Source of the DNA: an uncultured Bacilli bacterium
GTDB taxonomy: Bacteria > Bacillota_I > Bacilli_A > RF39 > UBA660
Assembly: GCA_934177995.1 (NCBI GenBank)
Contig: CAKPPW010000002.1
Coordinates: forward strand, 16,425 to 80,424
Direction: 5' to 3'
DNA length: 64,000 nt
How positions within the stretch are numbered: position 1 is the stretch's first letter; the number at the start of each line of letters is the position of its first letter. Positions 1-9,076 of the stretch are shown piece by piece. The position numbers were made by a program, and so were the translations under genes. Under the pieces are notes generated by a model. It was not told the DNA's origin, made no database searches, and worked only from the letters and a program-made list of their open reading frames with translations.

Positions 1-566
1 TCAATTGTACCATCATATAAATCAGCAATCATAGCATTATAGTCATCATACTTCTTAATCTTATTATTATTATCATCTAACTTATTCTCCTTAATAATTA
101 TTCTTGGAATAAGATAACCATCAGGAGATGTCTTATCATTAAGTAAACCAATCTTAGCATCTTTAACATCATCAATCTTATTCATACTATTATTAGACAT
201 AGTAATTAAACTACTAGAATAAGTAACATAAGTCTTATTAACATTTTCTAACTTACCATATAAATACATTATAACTACTCCGATAAATAAACTTAATAGT
301 AAATAAAGTATCAAGAAGAAAGTAAGCAATTTAGCTTTATTTTCCTTCTTCTTCCTCTTCTTTTTCATCTTTAAGAAAAATACTAAATCAATCAGTAGAA
401 ATACTCCGATAATCACATATCTAATAACTTCTTCTACCGGTCCTAATAAAAGTATTTCATAAATAGCAAAGAAGTTTGCAAGTATCGTAATTAAAGTAAG
501 GATAAATAACCATAGACGATACTTTTTCTTTTTTTTCTTTTTTTCTTTTTTCTCATCTTTTTCCAT
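1..566 (-). CDS. Partial CDS (3' part runs off window start): membrane-anchored protein with a substrate-binding-protein-like (PhnD-type) extracellular domain
   Basis: Not in ORF track (no stop in window). Minus-strand ATG at 566-564 preceded by SD GTGGAGGAAAAG (rc of 570-581). Translation starts MEKDEKKEKKKKKK, then hydrophobic helices, then ...TSPDGYLIPRII...YDDYNAMIADLYDGTI. Confidence 0.5.
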   Translation of the reverse strand, partial: MEKDEKKEKKKKKKKYRLWLFILTLITILANFFAIYEILLLGPVEEVIRYVIIGVFLLIDLVFFLKMKKKRKKKENKAKLLTFFLILYLLLSLFIGVVIMYLYGKLENVNKTYVTYSSSLITMSNNSMNKIDDVKDAKIGLLNDKTSPDGYLIPRIIIKENKLDDNNNKIKKYDDYNAMIADLYDGTI

Positions 567-681
567 AAACTTTTCCTCCACTTATACCTTATCATTATAG
601 CTAATTTTTTTATATCTTTCAATCTTCCTAGCTAAATAACAGTAAAATCTAGTGTAAAGTATTAATTAATTAAGTCTAAAT

Positions 682-712
682 AAGACAAATATTGTCGATT
701 TAATGATATAAT
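682..712 (+). promoter_or_regulatory. Sigma-A type promoter with extended -10 (TGATATAAT) for the glucosaminidase operon
   Basis: TGaTATAAT at 704-712; weak -35-like AAGACA at 682-687; about 25 nt upstream of the SD GGGGAGGTGG. Confidence 0.4.
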
Positions 713-737
713 TTAGATACTAGGGGAGGTGGCTTTT

Positions 738-2543
738 ATGCCGAAGAAAACTTTGTTTGGTCTTATTACTTTAGCTATATTTTTTATGATGCCTACTGTA
801 TATGCCAAAGAATATATTGTTTTAAATACTCCAAAAGCTTTTAAAGATAGTCCATCTGGTTCAAGAATTACATCTATTGGTGATGAAGGAGTCTTACCAA
901 CTCTTAGTAAAGTAGTGGTAGTTGAAAAAACTAATAAGAGTGGTTATGGTTGTAGATCACCTTGGTATAAGGTAACTTATCAGGATGTAACTGGCTATAT
1001 TTGTTCAAGTGATCAAGCAGTAATAGAAGAAAGTGATGTTAACTTAGAAGCTGACTTTGAAAAAGAAATGCTAGCAAAGGGGTTTAATGAAAGTTATTTA
1101 TCAGCTCTTAAAAACCTACATGAAAAGCATCCTAACTGGATTTTTAATGCTCTTAAGACTAATCTAGATTATAATGAGGCAATAAGAAATGAAACAATTG
1201 GTGAGATATCATTAGTAAATGGAAGTGATGAATCACTAAGAAAAAAAGATGATAATGGTAACTTTATTGAATCAGTTAAAGAAAAAGGCTGGTATCAAGC
1301 AAGTAGTAGTGCTGTAGGATATTATATGGATCCTAGAAACTTTTTAACGGATGAAGGAATCTTTATGTTTGAAAACTTACAATATAATAAAGCTATTCAA
1401 ACAACTGATACCGTTAAGAGTATAATTTCTAATACGTTTATGGATAGTGATGAATATTTAAACTATTTCATGAAAGCTGCTGAAAAGTCAGGAGCAAGTC
1501 CTACCTATCTTGCTAGTAGAGTAAGACAAGAAAAAGGAGCTAGTGGTTCAACGGGAGTAGATGGAGCAAGATTTACTTTTGCAAAAGATAGTGAATGTAT
1601 AAATCGTTATCGTAATAGTGATAACTGGACTATTCTAAATAACTGTGGAACAGATACATCTTATAGCGGTATATATAATTTCTATAATATTGGAGCATAT
1701 GGAAGCTATCAAAGTCCAGTAATTAGAGGACTAATCTGGGCAAATGGTGGGTATGATGCTAGTGTAACTAGTTATATGCGACCATGGGATAGTAAAGAAA
1801 AAGCTATTATTGGGGGAGCATTATATATTGTTAATGGTTATATAAGTGCTAATCAACATACTCTATACCTTCAAAAATTCAATGTAAGTCCTAATGCCTT
1901 AAACTCAACTTATACCCATCAATATATGTCTAATATAAAAGCTCCTGCTAGTGAAGCTTTAACCATGTATAAAGGCTATAAGAATAATGACTTATTAGAT
2001 AAAACTTATGAATTTTTAATACCAGTTTATGAAAATATGCCAGGAGTTAGTGAAACACCAAAGACAGATGATGATAAGAAAGAGGAAATTCCAGAAGTTT
2101 CTGTTATTGCTATAAATGAAGCAATTGTAGCTAGTGGTTATCACTTAACTAATAATTACCTATCAGGAATAGAAGTTAACACTTCCAAAACTAATCTAGA
2201 AAATAAACTTAAAACTATTTATACTGGATTAACCGTAACTAGTCTAAAAGATAAATATGGTAATAATAAAAATGATGCTTTAGCAACAGGAGATGTAGTT
2301 ACAATTTCTAATTCTAAAGATACTAAAGAATATAAAGTAGTTATCTATGGAGATAATAATGGAGATGGCAATACTAGTATTATAGATTTATTAAGATGTC
2401 AGAAATACTTACTAGGTAATAATAACTTAAGTGATGCTGAACTAATCGCTAGTGATGTTGATAGAGATGGTTTAATCACGGTAGTAGACCTTTTAAGAAT
2501 TCAAAAAAGTTTATTAGGATATAGTAAAATAGAACAGAAATGA
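738..2543 (+). CDS. Secreted SH3b + N-acetylglucosaminidase (GH73-like) cell-wall hydrolase with C-terminal type I dockerin
   Basis: ORF track 729..2543; ATG 738 follows SD GGGGAGGTGG. Signal peptide ...PTVYA|KE; SH3b-like SPWYKVTYQDVTGYICSSD; glucosaminidase motifs YYMDPRNFL, YNFYNIGAYG, TLYLQKFNV; dockerin duplicated Ca loops GDNNGDGNTSIIDLL and SDVDRDGLITVVDLL. Confidence 0.85.
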   Translation: MPKKTLFGLITLAIFFMMPTVYAKEYIVLNTPKAFKDSPSGSRITSIGDEGVLPTLSKVVVVEKTNKSGYGCRSPWYKVTYQDVTGYICSSDQAVIEESDVNLEADFEKEMLAKGFNESYLSALKNLHEKHPNWIFNALKTNLDYNEAIRNETIGEISLVNGSDESLRKKDDNGNFIESVKEKGWYQASSSAVGYYMDPRNFLTDEGIFMFENLQYNKAIQTTDTVKSIISNTFMDSDEYLNYFMKAAEKSGASPTYLASRVRQEKGASGSTGVDGARFTFAKDSECINRYRNSDNWTILNNCGTDTSYSGIYNFYNIGAYGSYQSPVIRGLIWANGGYDASVTSYMRPWDSKEKAIIGGALYIVNGYISANQHTLYLQKFNVSPNALNSTYTHQYMSNIKAPASEALTMYKGYKNNDLLDKTYEFLIPVYENMPGVSETPKTDDDKKEEIPEVSVIAINEAIVASGYHLTNNYLSGIEVNTSKTNLENKLKTIYTGLTVTSLKDKYGNNKNDALATGDVVTISNSKDTKEYKVVIYGDNNGDGNTSIIDLLRCQKYLLGNNNLSDAELIASDVDRDGLITVVDLLRIQKSLLGYSKIEQK

Positions 2544-2553
2544 GATGATTTAA

Positions 2554-3876
2554 ATGACTAAAAAGAAAATATTTATCTTCTTCCTTCTTTCCTTTTTCTT
2601 TTTTTGTGGTATAGATAATGTCTTTGCTGCTAGTATTAGTGTAGCAGGTACTACTAGTGAAGGAGTAGTAGGGGGAAATGTAACAGTTAATGTAACAGTT
2701 AATGAACCATCTGGTCTTGGAGCTTGGGAGTTTAATGTTTCCTATGATAGTAATATATTAACGCTTACTAGTGGTGAGACTCATGTAGTTGATTATGTTC
2801 AAAGTCCCGGTCAAACTAGAAAGACTTATTCTTATAAGTTTACAGTAAAAAAAGAAGGTAGTGCCAATGTTGGTATCGCTTCTTCTAACTTTGTTTCTTA
2901 TGATGAAGCGACAAGGTCAGCTCCCAAAGACTCTACTACTATTAAATGTATTAAAAGAGAGACAATTGTAGCAAACTATAGTAAGAATAATAATCTAGCA
3001 AGTCTTGGCGTAAAAGATTATCAAATATCACCAAGTTTCAATAAGAATGAACTTAACTATACTTTAGAAGTAGAACATGATGTAGAGAAAATAACGATTG
3101 AAGGTAGTAGGGAAGATAGTAAAAGTAGTATTACTGGTCTAGGAGAAAAAGAAGTCCATGAAGGAGCTAATGCTTTTGATATTGTAGTAACTGCTGAAAA
3201 TGGTTCTACTAAGACTTATCACTTAACTGTAACGGTAAAAGAATTAGACCCTATTAATGTTAAAGTAGATAAAAAAGAAATGACTCTTATTCAAAAAGAA
3301 GAAGAATTAACTGATAAAGTACCTAATCACTTTGAAAAGACTACTGTAAAAATAAATGATAAAGACGTTTTAGCTTATCAAAATAAAGTCTTAAAACTAA
3401 CAATAGTCGCTCTAAAAGATAGTAAAGGAAATATTAATTTCTATGAATATAAAAATAATAACTATAAACTTTATAAACAACTAACTAGTGGTAATATCTC
3501 TATCCATATCCTTGATACTAAAAAGATACCTAAAGGATATAAACCTTATAAATTAAAAATAGATAATAATGAGTATCAAGCCTATAAACTAAATAAGAGT
3601 GATTCATTTTTCTTAATTTATGGAGAAAATGTTGAAACTGGTAAAAAAAGTTTATATAATTATGATGAGGTAGAAAAAACTATTCAACGATATAATAAGG
3701 TAGAGGTTAAGAGTAGTAGTAATAATGATAAATATCTTATTCTAGGACTACTAGGATTAGTTTTATTACTTCTTCTTATCTTACTAGGATTATTAAGTGG
3801 TAATAGAAAAGTTAAGAACAAGAAAAAAATAAAGAAAAGAATTGGAGACAAATATAATGGAGAAGAAAAATTCTAA
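2554..3876 (+). CDS. Membrane-anchored surface protein with cohesin-like module and cadherin-like beta-sandwich module
   Basis: Signal peptide ...NVFA|AS; cohesin-like VAGTTSEGVVGGNVTVNVTVNEPSGLGAWEFNVSYDSNILTL; cadherin-like NNLASLGVKDYQISPSFNKNELNYTLEV...GSTKTYHLTVTV; C-terminal TM LILGLLGLVLLLLLILLGLL followed by a basic tail. Confidence 0.75.
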   Translation: MTKKKIFIFFLLSFFFFCGIDNVFAASISVAGTTSEGVVGGNVTVNVTVNEPSGLGAWEFNVSYDSNILTLTSGETHVVDYVQSPGQTRKTYSYKFTVKKEGSANVGIASSNFVSYDEATRSAPKDSTTIKCIKRETIVANYSKNNNLASLGVKDYQISPSFNKNELNYTLEVEHDVEKITIEGSREDSKSSITGLGEKEVHEGANAFDIVVTAENGSTKTYHLTVTVKELDPINVKVDKKEMTLIQKEEELTDKVPNHFEKTTVKINDKDVLAYQNKVLKLTIVALKDSKGNINFYEYKNNNYKLYKQLTSGNISIHILDTKKIPKGYKPYKLKIDNNEYQAYKLNKSDSFFLIYGENVETGKKSLYNYDEVEKTIQRYNKVEVKSSSNNDKYLILGLLGLVLLLLLILLGLLSGNRKVKNKKKIKKRIGDKYNGEEKF

Positions 3877-4423
3877 GAAGAAAGTATTATGGGGATTAGG
3901 AATACTTTTTATACTACTAGTTATTATTGTAATTATCTATTTTGTAATAGGTTATAAAAATGATCAGATAGAATCTAAAAAGAAGATAGATAGTGTTATA
4001 ACAAGCTATAATAATTTTAAAACACATATAGACTCTTTTAATAAGGAACGGGATAACTTTTATCAAGTAGTAATGAAAGATATGTATTATGAAGACTTAA
4101 AGAATAATGATACTAAGTATAAAGAAATTATTAGTAATTATACTAAGACTATTGAACCACTAGAAGATGATTATAAAGAATTGAAAGATAAGTGTGTTGA
4201 TGTTTTATATCCTGATGTATCTGTTAATAATAAATGTGAAGCTTTTGTAATTGGTTATGAGAAAGCGATAAATTCTTATGTTAGTGATATTAAGAAATAT
4301 AATGAAAATATTAAAGATTATAATGATGTCTTAGAAGAAAATGATACTAAGATAGAAGAGGTTAAATTAACTATTGATTATATAGATGTTGATGGTGATA
4401 GAAAATATCTAGGAAAGAATTAA
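3857..4423 (+). CDS. N-terminally membrane-anchored hypothetical protein
   Basis: ORF track 3842..4423; ATG 3857 after SD TTGGAGA; TM VLWGLGILFILLVIIVIIYFVIG; remainder charged/helical, no motif recognised. Confidence 0.6.
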   Translation: MEKKNSKKKVLWGLGILFILLVIIVIIYFVIGYKNDQIESKKKIDSVITSYNNFKTHIDSFNKERDNFYQVVMKDMYYEDLKNNDTKYKEIISNYTKTIEPLEDDYKELKDKCVDVLYPDVSVNNKCEAFVIGYEKAINSYVSDIKKYNENIKDYNDVLEENDTKIEEVKLTIDYIDVDGDRKYLGKN

Positions 4424-4433
4424 AAGGTGAGTT

Positions 4434-5513
4434 ATGGAAGATTTAGAGAAAACAGTAATAATGCCAAATCTTAGAAAAGAGCTTGATAAGAAGAATAAGA
4501 AACCTAAAAAGGGAAAGATTAAGACTATTCTTAGTAGTTTAATAATTATAGGTAGTAGTCTAGGTTTATTTCTTTTCTATGGACCATTTAATTTCTTTCG
4601 TGACTTTTGGATAACTTCAGCGATGACTACGATGACTCATCAATATTTAGCTACTTGGTTTTATAATGATGATGTGATTAATAAAGTCTTATCAAAGAAT
4701 CATATGGTAGAGGTTAATGATACTACTAATCCTGATTTAGTTAATATTAGTGATTATAATAAGAATCAGACTATTTATAAAAATGAATATGAAAAAGAAA
4801 TACTAGAACATGAGGATGGTGCCTTATATAAAGTAATTGATATTAAAGGAACATCTTATCAAGGATATTTAGTAGCCATTTATGACCCATCTAGAGTATC
4901 TATTGCAACAACTAAATATTTAGGTAAAAGAGGAGAAGCTATTACCACAGTTGCAAAAAGAGAAAACGCTATTATTGCTATGAATGCCGGGGGATTTTAT
5001 GATCCTGATTGGAATAGTAATGGGGCTCAACCACATGGTACAGTTATTTCTAATGGAGTAGTAGTAAGTGACTTTGATGATGCTAATATGAGTGGTGGTT
5101 TTGTTGGCTTTAATAAAGAAAATAAACTAGTACTTGGTAAGTTCACTAAGGAACAAGCTGTTAGTATGGGTATTCGTGATGCAGTTGAGTTTGGTCCATT
5201 TTTAATTGTCAATGGTAAGAGTAGTTTCGTTAAAGGTAATGGTGGCTGGGGAATAGCTCCTCGTACGGCAATAGGTCAAAGAAGTGATGGAATTGTTCTA
5301 TTCCTAGTAATTAATGGTCGTCTTGCTACTAGTATTGGAGCAGATATGGGTGACTTAACTGAAATTATGGAAAACTATGGAGCTGTAAATGCTGCTAATA
5401 TGGATGGAGGTAGTTCATCAGAATTAGTTATCAATAATAAGATTGTAAATCATCCAGTAGCAGCTGGTACTAATGGATTAAGAGATATGCCTACTTTCTG
5501 GGTAGTTAAATAA
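4434..5513 (+). CDS. Phosphodiester glycosidase (NAGPA-domain) family protein, membrane anchored
   Basis: SD AAAAGGTGAG before ATG; N-terminal TM; motifs [28 protein letters not shown] typical of this family. Confidence 0.75.
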   Translation: MEDLEKTVIMPNLRKELDKKNKKPKKGKIKTILSSLIIIGSSLGLFLFYGPFNFFRDFWITSAMTTMTHQYLATWFYNDDVINKVLSKNHMVEVNDTTNPDLVNISDYNKNQTIYKNEYEKEILEHEDGALYKVIDIKGTSYQGYLVAIYDPSRVSIATTKYLGKRGEAITTVAKRENAIIAMNAGGFYDPDWNSNGAQPHGTVISNGVVVSDFDDANMSGGFVGFNKENKLVLGKFTKEQAVSMGIRDAVEFGPFLIVNGKSSFVKGNGGWGIAPRTAIGQRSDGIVLFLVINGRLATSIGADMGDLTEIMENYGAVNAANMDGGSSSELVINNKIVNHPVAAGTNGLRDMPTFWVVK

Positions 5514-5536
5514 GCCATGACTTTAGTGCATGGTGG

Positions 5537-5794
5537 TTGACTAAAGAAAATTCATTTACTAAAAATAATATAGAAGCACTAGCAGAATATTATGATATTG
5601 ATTTATCATCTAAGTTAAGAGATAAAATGGTTAAGCTATATAATGAATGTAAAGATTCTATAAGTATTTGGGCTTATAATGGTTATACAGTTTCAGAATA
5701 TAACAATATGAAAAAAGAATCTAAAAAAGTAGGACGTAATGAGTCTTGCCCTTGTGGCTCAGGCAAGAAGTATAAACAATGTTGTGGTAAATAA
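5537..5794 (+). CDS. Small SEC-C motif (zinc-binding) protein
   Basis: C-terminal [15 protein letters not shown] is the SEC-C metal-binding motif; TTG start after GGTGG. Confidence 0.6.
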   Translation: MTKENSFTKNNIEALAEYYDIDLSSKLRDKMVKLYNECKDSISIWAYNGYTVSEYNNMKKESKKVGRNESCPCGSGKKYKQCCGK

Positions 5795-5795
5795 G

Positions 5796-5938
5796 TTGAT
5801 TTATAAGGTGTTGTGCAGTAATGCAGCAGTAAAAAAAGTCAAAAAAATAGACAAAAAACAGCTCAAAACGCACACTTGTGTGCAATTTGTGTGCGTAAAA
5901 CAAAAAATTAATGCACACAATTGATTTAAGCCTTATAA
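5796..5938. promoter_or_regulatory. Candidate attL / recombination-site region (repeat-dense)
   Basis: Direct repeat TTGATTTA (5796-5803, 5921-5928); inverted repeat TTATAAGG/CCTTATAA (5801-5808, 5931-5938); four GCACAC/GTGTGC heptamer-type copies (5869-5875, 5878-5883, 5889-5895, 5912-5918) including the palindrome GCACACTTGTGTGC. Confidence 0.35.
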
Positions 5939-5974
5939 AACAAGGGATTTTTCAATGAACACAAATTCACAATA

Positions 5975-5998
5975 ATCAGCATTCGTGCTGATTTTTTT
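5975..5998 (+). terminator. Rho-independent terminator-like hairpin upstream of int
   Basis: ATCAGCA-TTCG-TGCTGAT followed by a T-run. Confidence 0.6.
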
Positions 5999-6029
5999 CG
6001 TTCTCTAAAGAAATTTAGAGGAGGAAGTT

Positions 6030-7343
6030 ATGGGAAAAGTAAATGTAACAAAAAGAGGGAATCTATATCAATATAGATTTGAAATAGCTCCACAAGGGGG
6101 AGTTAGAAAATTTATTAACAAATCAGGTTTCAAGACAAAACAGGATGCTTATGTTGCTGGGATGAAAGCATTTAATGAATATATGAATACAGGTAAAAAA
6201 TTTTCTCCTAATACATGTTCATATTCAGATTTTTTAGATTATTGGATGGCTAATTATTGTCAAATTAATCTAAGATATAATACGATAGAGGCATATAAAA
6301 GCATTATTAAAAATCATGTTAAACCCAAATTAGGATTTTATAGGCTATCGCAAATAGATACAGCTACATTAAATGATTTTCTTACAGATGTGTTTTTGAA
6401 TAAAGGAGTGTCAAAAAACTTTTTAAAAAGTATAATGAAAGTTTTAAAATCTTCATTTGCTTATGCTGAAGATGGTGTTGGATTCATTAAGCATAATCCA
6501 GCGTTGAAAATAAGATTACCAAGATATGATGGTCACGATGAAGATCCAGCTCATATTTTTACACCAGAAGAAATAGAAATGATTTTTAATAGATTTAAAA
6601 ATAGTCATTGTATATATTATGCTTTTTTAACAGCTTATTATACTGGACTGAGAGTTTCAGAAGTATTTGGACTGACATGGGAAGATATTGACTTGAAAAA
6701 TAAGAAATTAACTGTAAATAAAAATATTGTTGAAAAAAATCAAGTAGGTGGAACAAAGCACAGACTTATCAAAGGTCAAAGAACTACTGTTTGGTATTTT
6801 GGACCATGTAAAACAAAAGCTAGCTATAGAACAATTGATATTGGAGATACATTAGTAGCAGCCTTAAAAGAATTTAAAGAAGAGCAAGAAATATATAAAG
6901 AACAATATGGGGATTCATATATCAAACATTATGCAAAAGAAGTTTTAAATCAATATACAAATAAACCAGAAACTAAAATAGTTGATTGCAGTGCAGAAAT
7001 TGATGTTGCTTTACCTGAAGTACATTTGGTATTTATAAAAAATAATGGGGCATTTGAAGGAAATAATACTTGCAAATATCCATTTAAAGTAATTCACTAT
7101 GAGTTAGGAATACCTTGCAGATTTCACGATTTTAGAGATACACACGCAACAAGATTAATTGAAGCAGGAGCAGATATAAAAGCCGTTTCAAAAAGATTAG
7201 GACATAGTACAATTGAAACAACTTATAATATTTATGTAAGAGTTACAATTCAAATGGAAGAAGAAGTAGTTAGTAAATTTGAGGATTATGCAGACTCTTT
7301 AGAAATTACTATTTCAAGAAAACCTACGGAATCAATTTCGTGA
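6030..7343 (+). CDS. int: Tyrosine recombinase / integrase with N-terminal arm-type DNA-binding domain
   Basis: SD GAGGAGGAAG; N-terminus VTKRGNLYQYRFEIA (Tn916-Int-like arm-binding domain); catalytic region YTGLRVSEVFGLTWEDIDL ... HDFRDTHATRLIEAGADIKAVSKRLGHSTIETTYNIYVRV (R..HxxR..H..Y). Confidence 0.9.
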   Translation: MGKVNVTKRGNLYQYRFEIAPQGGVRKFINKSGFKTKQDAYVAGMKAFNEYMNTGKKFSPNTCSYSDFLDYWMANYCQINLRYNTIEAYKSIIKNHVKPKLGFYRLSQIDTATLNDFLTDVFLNKGVSKNFLKSIMKVLKSSFAYAEDGVGFIKHNPALKIRLPRYDGHDEDPAHIFTPEEIEMIFNRFKNSHCIYYAFLTAYYTGLRVSEVFGLTWEDIDLKNKKLTVNKNIVEKNQVGGTKHRLIKGQRTTVWYFGPCKTKASYRTIDIGDTLVAALKEFKEEQEIYKEQYGDSYIKHYAKEVLNQYTNKPETKIVDCSAEIDVALPEVHLVFIKNNGAFEGNNTCKYPFKVIHYELGIPCRFHDFRDTHATRLIEAGADIKAVSKRLGHSTIETTYNIYVRVTIQMEEEVVSKFEDYADSLEITISRKPTESIS

Positions 7344-7368
7344 TAACAATAGTTATTATACGAATACG

Positions 7369-7396
7369 GAACTGAACAATAGTCAGTTCTTTTTTT
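7369..7396 (+). terminator. Rho-independent terminator after int
   Basis: GAACTGA-ACAATAG-TCAGTTC followed by TTTTTTT. Confidence 0.75.
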
Positions 7397-7428
7397 AATG
7401 TTTAAAAATAAAAGAAAGGGTGATTATA

Positions 7429-8223
7429 ATGGCAGTATTTAAAATAGAGAAACAAAAGAATTATACAGTTATGAGTAATTATCATTTGCAAGATAGAAAT
7501 CTTTCTTATAAAGCAAAAGGACTATTATCATTCATGTTAAGTTTGCCTGAAGATTGGGATTACTCTATGAAAGGATTAGTAGCAGTTAGTAAAGAAAATA
7601 TTAAAGCTATAAGAACTATACTTAATGAACTTAAAGAACATGGCTATTTAGAAATACAACAATCAAGAGGAGATAAAGGATATTATAAGTATGAATATAT
7701 TATTCGTGAAATTCCATTAGAGGTTGAAAAACAACATGATAATCCAGATACCCAAAAAGGGAATACCGTTGAAGGAGATGCCGAAAAGGATACCCAAATA
7801 AATACTAATAAACAAAATACTAAAGAACAAATAGTTAAAAGAGTTAAAGAAAATTTACCATTTGTCGATTTAGATGAATTAAATCCTTTAACTCTTTATT
7901 TAATTGAAAAAAATTATATAGATGAGTATGATACTGATATATATAATTACGACAATCTTTTTGAGGATTTATTGCAACAAGGGCATTTATATAAAGATTT
8001 AGTTAAAATGACACATTATATTGTACCAATAGTTGTTTCAAGACATTTTATTGATGAGAATGGTAATAAAGTAGAGAATAAGTTTGGGTTCTTTCAAGGA
8101 GCAATTAATAATTGCATTGAAAGATTAAGAATAAATGATAAATTAGAAATAGATACAGAAACTGGTTGGTTTAAGTACCTTGAAATTGAAGAGGAAAACG
8201 ACATTTATGATAGAGATTATTAA
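7429..8223 (+). CDS. Winged-helix DNA-binding protein, putative replication initiator / replisome-organizer-like
   Basis: ORF track 7420..8223; ATG 7429 after AAGAAAGGGTGA. N-terminus FKIEKQKNYTVMSNYHLQDRNLSYKAKGLLSFMLSLPEDWDYSMKGL...ELKEHGYLEI matches the N-terminal wHTH common in mobile-element Rep/DnaD-like proteins. Confidence 0.5.
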   Translation: MAVFKIEKQKNYTVMSNYHLQDRNLSYKAKGLLSFMLSLPEDWDYSMKGLVAVSKENIKAIRTILNELKEHGYLEIQQSRGDKGYYKYEYIIREIPLEVEKQHDNPDTQKGNTVEGDAEKDTQINTNKQNTKEQIVKRVKENLPFVDLDELNPLTLYLIEKNYIDEYDTDIYNYDNLFEDLLQQGHLYKDLVKMTHYIVPIVVSRHFIDENGNKVENKFGFFQGAINNCIERLRINDKLEIDTETGWFKYLEIEEENDIYDRDY

Positions 8224-8239
8224 AAAATAAAAAAATATG

Positions 8240-8641
8240 TTATTTCATATTTTTCAAAACATTATGTAGAATATCTAATTTTTCAGAATCAGAATTCACT
8301 ATAATACTATGTATTACTTCTAAGTCTTCTTTTGATAGATTATATAGTTCATTATTAATTTGAGCTATAAGAATATCAGTATCGTGGTTATAATTGTTGC
8401 TATTATTTTTTTCTTTATACTGTTCAATTAATTTTTGAAAATCAATCATATTCATTTTCATTCCTTTAGCTATTAATTCAGTATAAGTCATGGAAATACC
8501 AACTTTGCCATACTTTTTTTTCATAATTTTACTCATATAGGCTTTACTAATTCCACTTTCTCTTGCAAACTGTGTAGGCGTAATTTTATGAATTTTGCAA
8601 TAATCAGAAATTATAAACCTGATGGCTTCTTCTTTAGTCAT
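8240..8641 (-). CDS. HTH (XRE-like) transcriptional regulator, candidate ICE repressor
   Basis: SD AAAGGAGATAAAA (rc of 8642-8654); HTH KITPTQFARESGISKAYMSKIMKK; divergent from the + strand operon with shared operators. Confidence 0.7.
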   Translation of the reverse strand: MTKEEAIRFIISDYCKIHKITPTQFARESGISKAYMSKIMKKKYGKVGISMTYTELIAKGMKMNMIDFQKLIEQYKEKNNSNNYNHDTDILIAQINNELYNLSKEDLEVIHSIIVNSDSEKLDILHNVLKNMK

Positions 8642-8675
8642 TTTTATCTCCTTTCGTTATAATCATATCATTAAC

Positions 8676-8782
8676 ATTGTACTATTTTTTTATAATATTG
8701 TCTACCATTGTGAACTTAATTCATAAATAAAGCCTTAAAAAAGTTCACGACAGTAGACACAAAAAGAAAATAATGATAAAAT
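8676..8782. promoter_or_regulatory. Divergent promoter pair with mirrored operators (AGTTCAC-N4-GTAGACA)
   Basis: Minus promoter: -35 TAGACA (rc 8699-8704), 17 nt, -10 TACAAT (rc 8676-8681). Plus promoter: -35 TAGACA 8754-8759, 17 nt, -10 TAAAAT 8777-8782. Operators at 8699-8716 (rc) and 8742-8759 each overlap a -35. Confidence 0.6.
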
Positions 8783-8829
8783 ATTTTATATAGTATTAAA
8801 CTATATATTTGAAGTGGAGGAGTAAAGTA

Positions 8830-8865
8830 ATGAAAATAGTAAGATGGGTGATACTTTCATCCTGA
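8830..8865 (+). CDS. 11-codon mini-ORF (MKIVRWVILSS) with strong SD; possible leader peptide
   Basis: SD GTGGAGGAG at 8814-8822, ATG 8830, TGA 8863-8865; below ORF-track size cut-off. Confidence 0.3.
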   Translation: MKIVRWVILSS

Positions 8866-8880
8866 CTATTAGAAAGACAG

Positions 8881-9075
8881 GTGAAATTTTTGAATAAGGG
8901 GCAGTCTTCAAAACAGATGAGTTGTATCAAAATTTTAGTTGCAAATAAAAATATAGAATTAAGTACAACAAGCCAATTGGATGATGAATCTGTGATTCAG
9001 ATCTTGGAAGTATGTCTAAAGCAGTTGAGGGAGAAGGCATCACAAGAAGCAGTACCAATTGGAAAGGAAAAATAA
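8881..9075 (+). CDS. Hypothetical small protein
   Basis: ORF track; GTG start with weak SD; first sizeable ORF on the plus side of the switch. Confidence 0.35.
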   Translation: MKFLNKGQSSKQMSCIKILVANKNIELSTTSQLDDESVIQILEVCLKQLREKASQEAVPIGKEK

Positions 9076-9076
9076 A

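Noticed and set aside
738-3876. Cellulosome locus
   Set aside because: Cohesin and dockerin modules are present, but the only catalytic partner is a peptidoglycan glucosaminidase and there are no glycoside hydrolases for plant polysaccharides or a multi-cohesin scaffoldin.
5027-5212. Short antisense or overlapping ORFs in the track. Antisense set: 5027-5212, 8927-9160, 9081-9377, 12222-12530, 20500-20724, 21911-22150, 28287-28508, 32193-32375, 33405-33590, 40878-41117, 44415-44723, 46075-46263, 47144-47443, 49975-50175, 52327-52530, 54419-54604, 56701-56904, 61004-61228, 63693-63875. Same-strand out-of-frame set: 40579-40764, 52708-52896.
   Set aside because: All lie inside longer ORFs that have recognisable motifs or good SDs. 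They lack SDs and have the low-complexity F/L/I/K-rich composition expected from reading AT-rich DNA in the wrong frame.
5721-5924. ORFs 5721-5918 (-) and 5739-5924 (+) in the SEC-C/int gap
   Set aside because: They overlap each other and the repeat-dense att-like region, have no SD, and their 'proteins' are translations of the GTGTGC/A-rich repeats. The region is better explained as non-coding.
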